Assembly (NCBI GenBank): GCA_009773155.1 | Contig: WOVA01000006.1 | Location: 56,293-120,292 of the forward strand | Direction of reading: 5' to 3' | Length of the DNA stretch: 64,000 nucleotides | Origin: Elusimicrobiota bacterium | Lineage (GTDB): Bacteria > Elusimicrobiota > Elusimicrobia > Elusimicrobiales > UBA9959 | Shown here: positions 47,802 to 55,408 of the stretch, one piece after another | Position numbering within the stretch: the first letter of the stretch is position 1 | Layout of the letters: each line of letters opens with the position of its first letter | Translations under genes and position numbers: made by a program | Notes under the pieces: generated by a model | Database searches by the model: none | The model's input: the letters and a program-made list of their open reading frames with translations, nothing else | What the model was told of the DNA's origin: nothing

Positions 47802-49210
47802 TATTTCTCCCCCCGCAGCCGGCGCAGCCGCCGGGCTATCTCGGCCTCGAAGCCCTGCTCGGTCGGTTCGTAGAAGCGCCGCGGCTCCGGCATATATTCC
47901 TGCGCGACATAATGGCCGTCGAAATCGTGCGGGTATTTATATCCCTTGCCGTGGCCGAAGGCCTCGCCGTCCCTGGACGCGTCGCGCAGGTGCAGCGGCA
48001 CGGCCCGCTCGGCGCCGCCGCGCACCTCGGACTGCGCCTCGTTTATGGCCAGGTAGGCGGCGTTGGACTTGGGCGAACAGGCGACATAGATGGCGGCCTG
48101 GGCCAGCGGGATGCGGCCCTCGGGCATGCCCAGCGAGGCGACGGCCGAGAATGCGGCCTGCGCTATAAGCAGGGCGTTGGGATTGGCGTTGCCCACGTCC
48201 TCGGCGGCGCAGATGAGTATGCGCCGCGCCAGGAAGCGGGGATCCTCGCCGGCTTCCAGCATTTTAGCCAGCCAGTAGACGGCGGCGTCGGGGTCGGAGC
48301 CGCGCATGGACTTAATGAACGCGGAGGCGTGGTCGTAATGCTCGTCGGCGCTCTTGTCGTAGCGCAGCGAGCGGCGCTGTATGGACTCTTTCGCCACCCC
48401 TATGTCGACATGCCGCTTGCCGCCCTTGCCCTGCGGCGTGGTCACCGCCGCCAGCTCTATGGCGTTGAGCAGCCGCCTGGCGTCGCCCGAGGAGTTCTCC
48501 ACGAAATATTTCTCCGCCTCGGGAGTGAGTTCGGGCCGCAGCGCGGCCAGGCCCTTCTCGTCGGAGAGGGCGCGGCGCAGCACTTTGCGCAGGGCCTCGG
48601 GCTCCAGCGGCTTGAACTCGAACACCAGGAAGCGCGAGAGCAGTGCGGAGTTTATGTAGAAATACGGGTTCTCGGTGGTAAGGCCGATAAGTACGATATC
48701 GCCCTTCTCCACGGAGGGCAGGAGGGCGTCCTGCTGGGTGCGGTTGAAATGGTGTATCTCGTCCAGGAGCAGCAGCGAGGCCGGTCGTATAACTCCCGGC
48801 ACCTGTGGCGCCGGAGGCACTGTTCCGACCGGCGCCAGGCCCGCCTCCTTCAGAGCGCGGGCGGCCTCGAGTATCTTCTTGAGCTCGGCCACGCCGGCGG
48901 TGACGGCGTTGAGCTCGAAGACCCGCGCTTTGGTGCGCGAGGCTATGAGCCGGGCGGTGGCCGTCTTGCCGCAGCCGGAAGGGCCGTAGAAGACGGCCGA
49001 GCGGACATTGTCGGATTCTATGGCGCGGCGCAGCAGCTTGCCTTCGGCCAATATATGCTCCTGGCCGGCGAACTGCTCCAGCGCGGACGGGGCGAGCCGG
49101 GCCGCCAGCGGCGACTGCCGCCGCTCCGCCTCCCCTCCGGCCTCGTCGGGGACGCCATGCCGCGCGGGGTCCCCCGCCGATGCGGGCGTTTCGAACAGGG
49201 ATTCTTCCAT
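47801..49210 (-). CDS. rarA: Replication-associated recombination protein A (MgsA) with repeat-derived insertions
   Basis: GQEHIL, GPSGCGKT, DEIHHFN, TTENP, HYDHASAFIKSMRGSDPDAA, EDVGNA. Confidence 0.95.
   Translation of the reverse strand: MEESLFETPASAGDPARHGVPDEAGGEAERRQSPLAARLAPSALEQFAGQEHILAEGKLLRRAIESDNVRSAVFYGPSGCGKTATARLIASRTKARVFELNAVTAGVAELKKILEAARALKEAGLAPVGTVPPAPQVPGVIRPASLLLLDEIHHFNRTQQDALLPSVEKGDIVLIGLTTENPYFYINSALLSRFLVFEFKPLEPEALRKVLRRALSDEKGLAALRPELTPEAEKYFVENSSGDARRLLNAIELAAVTTPQGKGGKRHVDIGVAKESIQRRSLRYDKSADEHYDHASAFIKSMRGSDPDAAVYWLAKMLEAGEDPRFLARRILICAAEDVGNANPNALLIAQAAFSAVASLGMPEGRIPLAQAAIYVACSPKSNAAYLAINEAQSEVRGGAERAVPLHLRDASRDGEAFGHGKGYKYPHDFDGHYVAQEYMPEPRRFYEPTEQGFEAEIARRLRRLRGEK
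48779..48827 (-). repeat. Family-1 repeat in frame in rarA (GTVPPAPQVPGVIRPA)
   Basis: Reverse complement reads cggaacagtgcctccggcgccacaggtgccgggagttatacgaccggcc. Confidence 0.8.
49148..49174. repeat. Degenerate family-2 palindrome within the rarA N-terminal extension (GDPARHGVP)
   Basis: ggggacgccatgccgc is identical over 16 nt to the reverse complement of 56774-56800. Confidence 0.6.
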
Positions 49211-49211
49211 C

Positions 49212-49514
49212 TTAAAGCGGTCCGGGACCGAGGGCCTCTTTGAGGCCGGCCGCCAGCTCGTCTATCTTGCGGGAATCGGCGGCGCGCAGGTCCTTGGACT
49301 TGTGTTCCAGGTTGAAGAGCTCGGCCGCGAAGTGCATCGCGGCCAGGATGGCCAGCTTCTGCGTGTCCACGCGCTTGAGGCCGGGCTCCAGCTCGGTCAT
49401 CTTCTCCTCGACCTGCTGGGCGATGGCGGCCACCTCCATGGGGGTGAGGCCCTCCATGGCTATATTGAGCTTGACGCCCTTTACGGTTACTTCCGTCTCG
49501 TCCTTCTGCATCAT
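49212..49514 (-). CDS. zapA: Cell division protein ZapA
   Basis: VTVKG...IAQQVEEKM...DTQKLAILAAMHFA. Confidence 0.8.
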   Translation of the reverse strand: MMQKDETEVTVKGVKLNIAMEGLTPMEVAAIAQQVEEKMTELEPGLKRVDTQKLAILAAMHFAAELFNLEHKSKDLRAADSRKIDELAAGLKEALGPGPL

Positions 49515-49774
49515 TCTTCGTCCAGACCGTCGAACAGGAAGCCCTGCCGGCTGGAGGCTTTCTCGATCTTCTCGCAGAGGCGGGCCAGCCGCTTTTTAAG
49601 CTTTTTCCGGGCCTCTTCGGCCGCGGGGCCGCGGCCGGCTTTCATGAGTTTGGTCCTGTCGGCCGCGTAGCTCTCCACCTGCTTGCGCAGCAGGGCGTTC
49701 TCGTCCTCCAGCGCCTTTATGCGGGAGATGGCGGTCTTTACCAGGCCGTCCAGGGTCTTGATACCTGCGTTCAT
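49511..49774 (-). CDS. Short coiled-coil protein (ZapB-like by position)
   Basis: Heptad pattern (RIKALEDENALLR); directly upstream of and overlapping zapA. Confidence 0.55.
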   Translation of the reverse strand: MNAGIKTLDGLVKTAISRIKALEDENALLRKQVESYAADRTKLMKAGRGPAAEEARKKLKKRLARLCEKIEKASSRQGFLFDGLDEE

Positions 49775-49925
49775 CAGTCCCCATTATATAAAAGATATAT
49801 ACGCGAGGGCCCGGGTCCGCGGCGGCATGAGACCTATATAAAAATGGGCCTTTGAACCGTGGCGGGGCCTCCCGGGAAAGGGTATAACATAGGTGAAGGA
49901 ACAGCGGAGTCTACGGAGGAATCAC

Positions 49926-50948
49926 ATGAAGCGTCTGAACAGAATGGTATCCGGGATAGCGGCCCTGGCCTTTATCCTGCCCTCTTTCGCGCGTGCGGAA
50001 GACAAGAGCATTTACGGCGACGACAACCGCCTCGACTATTTCGAAGCGCCGGCCGACATGAAAGAGCTGGCCAGGTCCGTGGTCTCGCTCTGGAAGAACG
50101 AGCATGTGCGCGTGGACGGCGGCACGGCCCGCGTGGCGACCGCCAATTTCGGGGAAGCGGTAGGACTTTGTCCCTCCGAAAGGTTCCGCGAGCAGCCCGT
50201 GGGCGCCTTCTGCTCCGGCTCCCTGGTGGGCGAGGACCTGGTCATGACGGCCGGCCACTGCATAGTGGACGAAGCCCAGTGCGCCGACACCCGGCTGGTC
50301 TTCGGCTACGCGGTGACCGAGCGGGGCAAGGCCGCCAACACCACCGTGCCCGCCGCCGACGTCTACTCCTGCAAGAAGATCATAAAGCGCGACCTGGACA
50401 AGCCCCCGACGGGCACCGTCGGCCTCATAGGCGCGATAGTCGGCAATATACTCGACACCACCGGCCCCGACTACGCCCTGATACAGCTCGACCGCAAAGT
50501 CACCGACCGCCGGCCGCTGCCTATCAACCGCGGCTCGAAGGTCAAGCAGGGGACCGGGGTTTTCGTCATAGGCCACCCCGTGGGCCTGCCGCTCAAAGTG
50601 GCCGGCGATGCCCGGGTGCGCTCCTCCAAGTTCATGCGCGCCCACTTCACCGCCGACCTCGACACCTTCGGCGGCAACTCCGGTTCGCCGGTGTTCAACG
50701 TTAAGACGAAGAAGATCGAGGGCATATTGGTGCGCGGCGGCACGGACTTCGTAAAGTCCCCCGAGGGCTGCACCGTGTCCTACAGCGTCGGCCAGAACGA
50801 CGGCAAGGGCGAGGCCGTGACGCATGTCTCGGTGCTCAAGGACTACATCCCGTCCTTCAAGTCCGCTCCCGAGACCTCCAAACTGGTGGAGCTCTCCCCC
50901 GAGGACACGGAGTTCGAGCCGCTCGAGCGGACCGTCAGCTTCGATTAA
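49926..50948 (+). CDS. Exported trypsin-like (S1/V8-type) serine protease
   Basis: TAGHC, DYALIQL, GGNSGSP catalytic triad; GGAGGA SD before ATG 49926; signal peptide. Confidence 0.9.
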   Translation: MKRLNRMVSGIAALAFILPSFARAEDKSIYGDDNRLDYFEAPADMKELARSVVSLWKNEHVRVDGGTARVATANFGEAVGLCPSERFREQPVGAFCSGSLVGEDLVMTAGHCIVDEAQCADTRLVFGYAVTERGKAANTTVPAADVYSCKKIIKRDLDKPPTGTVGLIGAIVGNILDTTGPDYALIQLDRKVTDRRPLPINRGSKVKQGTGVFVIGHPVGLPLKVAGDARVRSSKFMRAHFTADLDTFGGNSGSPVFNVKTKKIEGILVRGGTDFVKSPEGCTVSYSVGQNDGKGEAVTHVSVLKDYIPSFKSAPETSKLVELSPEDTEFEPLERTVSFD

Positions 50949-51003
50949 GCCGCAATACGCGATCGGGATAGGAGCGGCGACATGCGGGTCCGCATCCGGC
51001 GGT

Positions 51004-51345
51004 TCAATCGTCCAGCAAAACGTCGAGTTTCTTTAAGACTTCCGCCAGGGTTGCTCCTGGAATCCGGCAACAGAATCGGGCGCCTCTGGCCTGCCAATCC
51101 AGACTTTTGACCTGGTCAGCCAGGACGACTCCGGAAGCCTTCAGGCCGGAGGGGATGGAAATCTCGAAAGGATAACCCTTTGCCTGCGTAGTGATGGGGC
51201 AGAAGACGGCAAGCCCCGCTTTCCGGTTATAGGCCTCGGGAGAAAGAGCCAAAGCCGGTCTATAACCCGTCTGCTCATGCCCTGCCTGAGGCGCAAAGGA
51301 CAGCCAGACAACATCGCCACGCTTCGGGCAATAAGGACTGGGCAT
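51004..51345 (-). CDS. mazF: MazF/PemK endoribonuclease toxin
   Basis: PKRGDVVWLSFAPQAGHEQTGYRPALALSP, PITT, DQVKSLDW; start overlaps the mazE stop (TAATG). Confidence 0.93.
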   Translation of the reverse strand: MPSPYCPKRGDVVWLSFAPQAGHEQTGYRPALALSPEAYNRKAGLAVFCPITTQAKGYPFEISIPSGLKASGVVLADQVKSLDWQARGARFCCRIPGATLAEVLKKLDVLLDD

Positions 51346-51587
51346 TACCAAATTTCCCGTCCGGCCGCGCCGCCGCAATTCTGTTCGGAGTGGCGATTGT
51401 TTTTGGTGATGCCCTTGAGCATATGTGAGAGCGGGATTTTGCACTGCCCCTTAGGCTTTACAACCATCTCGCCTTCTATCACTACCACTTCAACCATGGA
51501 GCCCTGGCGTAAATGAATATCCCTGGCAAAAGCGCTTGGAATACGCAACGCCAGGCTGTTTCCCCATTTTTGAACGATTGTGGTCAT
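51345..51587 (-). CDS. mazE: MazE/AbrB antitoxin
   Basis: VQKWGNSLALRIP...GREIW. Confidence 0.93.
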   Translation of the reverse strand: MTTIVQKWGNSLALRIPSAFARDIHLRQGSMVEVVVIEGEMVVKPKGQCKIPLSHMLKGITKNNRHSEQNCGGAAGREIW

Positions 51588-51599
51588 AACACCCTCCGT

Positions 51600-51642
51600 A
51601 TGTATCTACATTGAGTATACATTAACTTCAGAAGATTGTCAA
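51600..51642 (-). promoter_or_regulatory. Sigma70 promoter of mazEF with overlapping palindromic operator
   Basis: TTGACA (51637-51642), 17 nt, TATACT (51614-51619); imperfect palindrome ATGTAT...ATACAT at 51600-51622; GGAGGG SD. Confidence 0.8.
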
Positions 51643-51665
51643 GGCCTTGCCGGCAAAAAAACAGG

Positions 51666-54107
51666 TCAGCCGCGCAGTTTCGCCCCGAAGGAGGCTTCCA
51701 GTTTCTTAAGCGCCTTCTCCATGCGGGAATTGACGTCGGCGTCGGTCATCGTCCTCTCCATGGCGGAGAAAGTGAACCGCAGCGTGAGGCTGCGCTGGCC
51801 CTCGGGCACGCCCTTGCCCTTGTAAACATCTATGAGGTCCAGCCGGGCCAGGTCAGGCAGGGAAAAGAGGTCCTTCTCCATTTCCGCCCATTCGCGCTTA
51901 TCGTCGACCAGCACCGAGAGGTCGCGCCAGGCGGCGGGGTAAGACGACACGGGTTTAACCTGCGGCACCCGGTCGCGGAAAGAGCCCTTCCAGGACTCGG
52001 CCAGCGAGGAGAGGGTTATCTCGAAATAATAGACCTGCGTGTCCTTGAGATCGCTGTTGATGACGGCCATCGGGTCGGCCAGGCCCAGTACGCCGGCCTC
52101 GCCCGCTCCGAGCTTCATGACCAGCGCCGCGCCCTCCTGCAGGAAGGCGGGCCTATGCTTCGGCTTCTCGAAACGGAAGCCGCGCCGGCCGCCGAAAACG
52201 GCCTGCATGACGCCCTTTAAATGGTAGAAATCCGACATCTCGGAGCCGCCGCGCCAGTGCTGCTCCTCGGGGAAAGGGCCGTACGTCAGTCCGGCGCAGA
52301 CGCGCTCTTCCTTCCTGCCGTCCTTCGTCTTATGATACACCGTGCCGGTCTCGAAAACAGCGACCGAGGTCCGGCCGCGGTTGAGATTGTAGCGCAGGGT
52401 CCTGAGCAGTCCCGGCAGAAGCGAAACGCGCAGATACTGGTAATCCGAAGAAAGCGGATTGAGCAGTTCCACCGCCTGCGTCTCGTCGAGCAGGCAGTTG
52501 CGGAAATCCTTGAGCGGGACCAGATCGTAGTTGTACACCTCTGAGAAACCAAGGGCGGCCAGGCGTCCTCGCAGCTCGGCCTCGGCCTCCGCCAGGGGCG
52601 TGGACGAGGCGGGCATGACGGGCATCGACGAGGCCGAAGGGATGAGGTCGTAACCGTTGTAGCGCGCGGCTTCCTCGGCCAGGTCCTGGACGTTCTCTAT
52701 GTCGCGCCTGTAGGAAGGCGGCGTGAACTGCCAGGGCTTCTCCGGCGAAAGCTCCGGCTGTATGGCCTTGAGGCAGGCGAAGATCTTCTCGTCGGTCATC
52801 GCCGTCCCCAGTATCGCGTTTATGCGCGCGGGGTCGGCGGCAACCACCGGCAGGCGGGGCGGTTCGGGGAAATTGTCGCTGACCTGCTCCACCCCGGCCG
52901 ACGGGACGGCCTCCAGCAGCAGCCCCGCTATGCGGCGGGCGGCCTTCATCGTAAGTTCGATGTCGGTGCCGCGCTCGAAGCGGTAGGACGACTCGCTCTT
53001 TATGCCGCTCTTGCGGGACGAGGCCCGCACGGCGGACTGAGCGAAAGAGGCGGACTCTATGAGTACGGAATCGGTAGTATCGGCGACGGAGGAATAGAAG
53101 CCGCCCATGACGCCGGCCAGCGCCACCGGCTTCTCCCGGTCGGCTATGACCAGCGTGCCGGCGGCGAGCCTGAGCTCGATGCCGTCGAGCGCTTTCATGC
53201 TCTCGCCGTCGGACGACGGGCGCACCTTTATTTCGGGACCGGCGAGGTTGGCCAGGTCGAAACAATGCGTCGGCTGGCCCAGCTCGTACATGACGTAGTT
53301 GGAAACGTCTATAAGGAGATTGCCCTTGGGATTGGAGCCCATAGCGCGCAGCCGCGCGGCCATCCAGTCCGGCGTCTTCGCGCCTTCAAGGCCTTTCATC
53401 ACTACGGCGGTATAGCGCGGGCAGAGGCAGGGATCCGTTACGGAGACCGGCGCGACGGTGCCGGCGGACTTAGGCAGTTCCGTCAGGACCGGTTCCCTGA
53501 ATTTAAGCCCGTAGAAGACGCAGAGCTCGCGGGCCAGCGCGTAATGGGAAAGGCAGTAGGACAGGTTGGGCGTTATCTCCAGCTCGAACACCCAGTCCGG
53601 CAAGGCGACATGGCGCCTTGCACTTGATGAGCCGGAGGCTCGTTGTTCCGGCGGGGCGAAAAGCGCGCGCGCGTCGGCGCCCAGCGGCGCGGACGGGTCC
53701 AGCACGAGTATGCCGGAATTATCGTAACCCTCCAGGCCCAGTTCCCCCGCCGAGCAGATCATGCCCTCGGACTCGACGCCGCGTATCTTCGCTTTTTTAA
53801 GCTCGCCCTCGGCGAGCACGGCCCCGACGCGGGCGAAAGGTATCAGCTGGCCGACGGCGATATTTTTGGCGCCGCAGACCACGCGCATCGTCGCCGCGCC
53901 GTCGCTGACGTCCACCAGCGAAAGTTTGTCGGCGTTGGGGTGCCTGTCTATTTTGTCGATGCGGCCTACAACCACGCCGGTGACGGCGGCGCCGCTGCGG
54001 CCCGCGCTCTCGACGCCCAGACCCAGCCGCGCGAACTTGCCGGGCAGTTCCTCCGCCGGGGGCGGGGTCTCGATGAAATCGCAGAGCCAGGAATAAAGTA
54101 TTTTCAC
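51666..54107 (-). CDS. pheT: Phenylalanine--tRNA ligase beta subunit with an in-frame repeat insertion
   Basis: HPNADKL, RGVESEGMICS, ITPN, SYRFERG, YRRDI..QDLAEE, FDX-ACB C-terminus; GTG start 54107 overlaps the pheS stop. Confidence 0.96.
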   Translation of the reverse strand: MKILYSWLCDFIETPPPAEELPGKFARLGLGVESAGRSGAAVTGVVVGRIDKIDRHPNADKLSLVDVSDGAATMRVVCGAKNIAVGQLIPFARVGAVLAEGELKKAKIRGVESEGMICSAGELGLEGYDNSGILVLDPSAPLGADARALFAPPEQRASGSSSARRHVALPDWVFELEITPNLSYCLSHYALARELCVFYGLKFREPVLTELPKSAGTVAPVSVTDPCLCPRYTAVVMKGLEGAKTPDWMAARLRAMGSNPKGNLLIDVSNYVMYELGQPTHCFDLANLAGPEIKVRPSSDGESMKALDGIELRLAAGTLVIADREKPVALAGVMGGFYSSVADTTDSVLIESASFAQSAVRASSRKSGIKSESSYRFERGTDIELTMKAARRIAGLLLEAVPSAGVEQVSDNFPEPPRLPVVAADPARINAILGTAMTDEKIFACLKAIQPELSPEKPWQFTPPSYRRDIENVQDLAEEAARYNGYDLIPSASSMPVMPASSTPLAEAEAELRGRLAALGFSEVYNYDLVPLKDFRNCLLDETQAVELLNPLSSDYQYLRVSLLPGLLRTLRYNLNRGRTSVAVFETGTVYHKTKDGRKEERVCAGLTYGPFPEEQHWRGGSEMSDFYHLKGVMQAVFGGRRGFRFEKPKHRPAFLQEGAALVMKLGAGEAGVLGLADPMAVINSDLKDTQVYYFEITLSSLAESWKGSFRDRVPQVKPVSSYPAAWRDLSVLVDDKREWAEMEKDLFSLPDLARLDLIDVYKGKGVPEGQRSLTLRFTFSAMERTMTDADVNSRMEKALKKLEASFGAKLRG
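53597..53650 (-). repeat. Family-1 repeat in frame in pheT (PEQRASGSSSARRHVALP)
   Basis: Reverse complement reads cggaacaacgagcctccggctcatcaagtgcaaggcgccatgtcgccttgccgg. Confidence 0.85.
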
Positions 54108-55300
54108 AGCTGTTTCCAGACGCGCAGGTCGTTCTCGTAGAACATGCGCATGTCTTTTATACCGAAGAGGAGCATGGCGAAGCGCTCCACGCCCGCGCCG
54201 AAGGCGAAGCCGCTCCACTTCTCGGGGTCGTGGCCGCAGGCCTTGAGCACGTTGGGGTGCACCATGCCCGCGCCAAGCATCTCAAGCCACCCCGTGCCCT
54301 TGCAAATGGGACAGCGTTCGGACTTGCCGGAACAGCCGCTCTGCGGCCCCAGGTGCACGGAGCTATGCGACGTGCCGCCGCAGAAGACGCAGGAGATCTC
54401 AACCTGCGCGCCGGGCTCGACGAAAGGGAAATAGGTAGGCGCGAAGCGCACCCTGGCGGAGGAGCCGAAAAGATCCTTGATGAAGGCGTCCAGCGTCCAG
54501 CGCAGGTCGGCCATGCTGACGGACCTGTCGACGTAGAGGCCCTCCACCTGGTGGAAGACGAAAGAGTGGCTGGCGTCCACGGCCTCGGAGCGGAAGACGC
54601 GGCCGGGCGAGATGATGCGCAGCGGCAGGGCGGCACCTTTCATGGAGCGTATCTGCACCGGCGAGGTATGCGTGCGCAGCAGCATATCCTTGCCGGAGGC
54701 GTCCTTCACTCCCGCGTAGAAGGTATCCTGCATATCCCGGGCCGGATGGTCGGCCGGGAAGTTGAGGGCTTCGAAATTGAAGTGATCTTCCTCGACGTGC
54801 GGACCCTCGGCAACCGAGAACCCCAGCTTCATAAGGGAGGCGGTGACGCGGTCCATCGCCTGAGTTATCGGGTGCAGGCTGCCTTTGGGAAAAGGGCGGC
54901 CCGACAGCGTAAGGTCCAGCCCGGCAGAGGCCTTCGCCCCCCCCCCGGCCGGATCAGGGCGGCTTTTGCCGCTGTCGGTGCCGGGAGCACTGCGACCGGC
55001 CGGATCAGGGCGGCTTTTGCCGCTGTCGGTGCCGCAAGCTCTGCGCGCGGCCAGCTCGGCCTTCTTGGCTTCCAGGGCGGCGACCAGGCGGCCTTTGAGC
55101 TCGTTGCCCAGGCGTCCCAGTTCTTTCTTCTCTTCTATGGTGAATGAGCCCAGGTCGCGCAGCAGCAGGGCGAGCTCGCCCTTGCGGCCGAGGAACTGCA
55201 GCTCGACTTCGGCTATATTGTCGGAAGCGGCCCCGGAAATGGCGGAGGAGAAGCTCTCGCCCACGCGAGACAGCTTCTCCTTCCACTCGGACGCGTTCAT
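54104..55300 (-). CDS. pheS: Phenylalanine--tRNA ligase alpha subunit with three repeat-derived insertions
   Basis: GSLHP, NFEALNFPADHPARDMQDTF, LRTHTSPVQ, FHQVEG, FPFVEP, GAGMVHP. Confidence 0.97.
   Translation of the reverse strand: MNASEWKEKLSRVGESFSSAISGAASDNIAEVELQFLGRKGELALLLRDLGSFTIEEKKELGRLGNELKGRLVAALEAKKAELAARRACGTDSGKSRPDPAGRSAPGTDSGKSRPDPAGGGAKASAGLDLTLSGRPFPKGSLHPITQAMDRVTASLMKLGFSVAEGPHVEEDHFNFEALNFPADHPARDMQDTFYAGVKDASGKDMLLRTHTSPVQIRSMKGAALPLRIISPGRVFRSEAVDASHSFVFHQVEGLYVDRSVSMADLRWTLDAFIKDLFGSSARVRFAPTYFPFVEPGAQVEISCVFCGGTSHSSVHLGPQSGCSGKSERCPICKGTGWLEMLGAGMVHPNVLKACGHDPEKWSGFAFGAGVERFAMLLFGIKDMRMFYENDLRVWKQL
54325..54378 (+). repeat. Family-1 repeat, antisense and in frame in the pheS CxxC...CxxC loop (TSHSSVHLGPQSGCSG)
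   Basis: 54 bp identical to 55338-55391. Confidence 0.92.
54945..55052 (+). repeat. Two tandem family-1 repeats (51-bp period) in frame in the pheS linker
   Basis: ccggccggatcagggcggcttttgccgctgtcggtgccg occurs twice; protein GTDSGKSRPDPAG x2. Confidence 0.95.
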
Positions 55301-55337
55301 GCCTGTCCGCCGGCCCTCAGGCCAATGCGTGCGCAGG

Positions 55338-55391
55338 TGCCGGAACAGCCGCTCTGCGGCCCCAGGTGCACGGAGCTATGCGACGTGCCGC
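55338..55391 (+). repeat. Family-1 repeat, intergenic between rplT and pheS
   Basis: tgccggaacagccgctctgcggccccaggtgcacggagctatgcgacgtgccgc, identical to the copy inside pheS. Confidence 0.92.
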
Positions 55392-55408
55392 ATCAAGAGC
55401 TATGCTCA

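Noticed and set aside
49775-49925. 6S RNA at its common position next to zapA
   Set aside because: zapA abuts rarA with no gap, and the upstream intergenic region is short, holds promoter-like motifs and has no long rod structure.
10836-55391. CRISPR array interpretation of the repeats
   Set aside because: The copies are dispersed, in both orientations and mostly intragenic, with no regular spacers and no cas genes.
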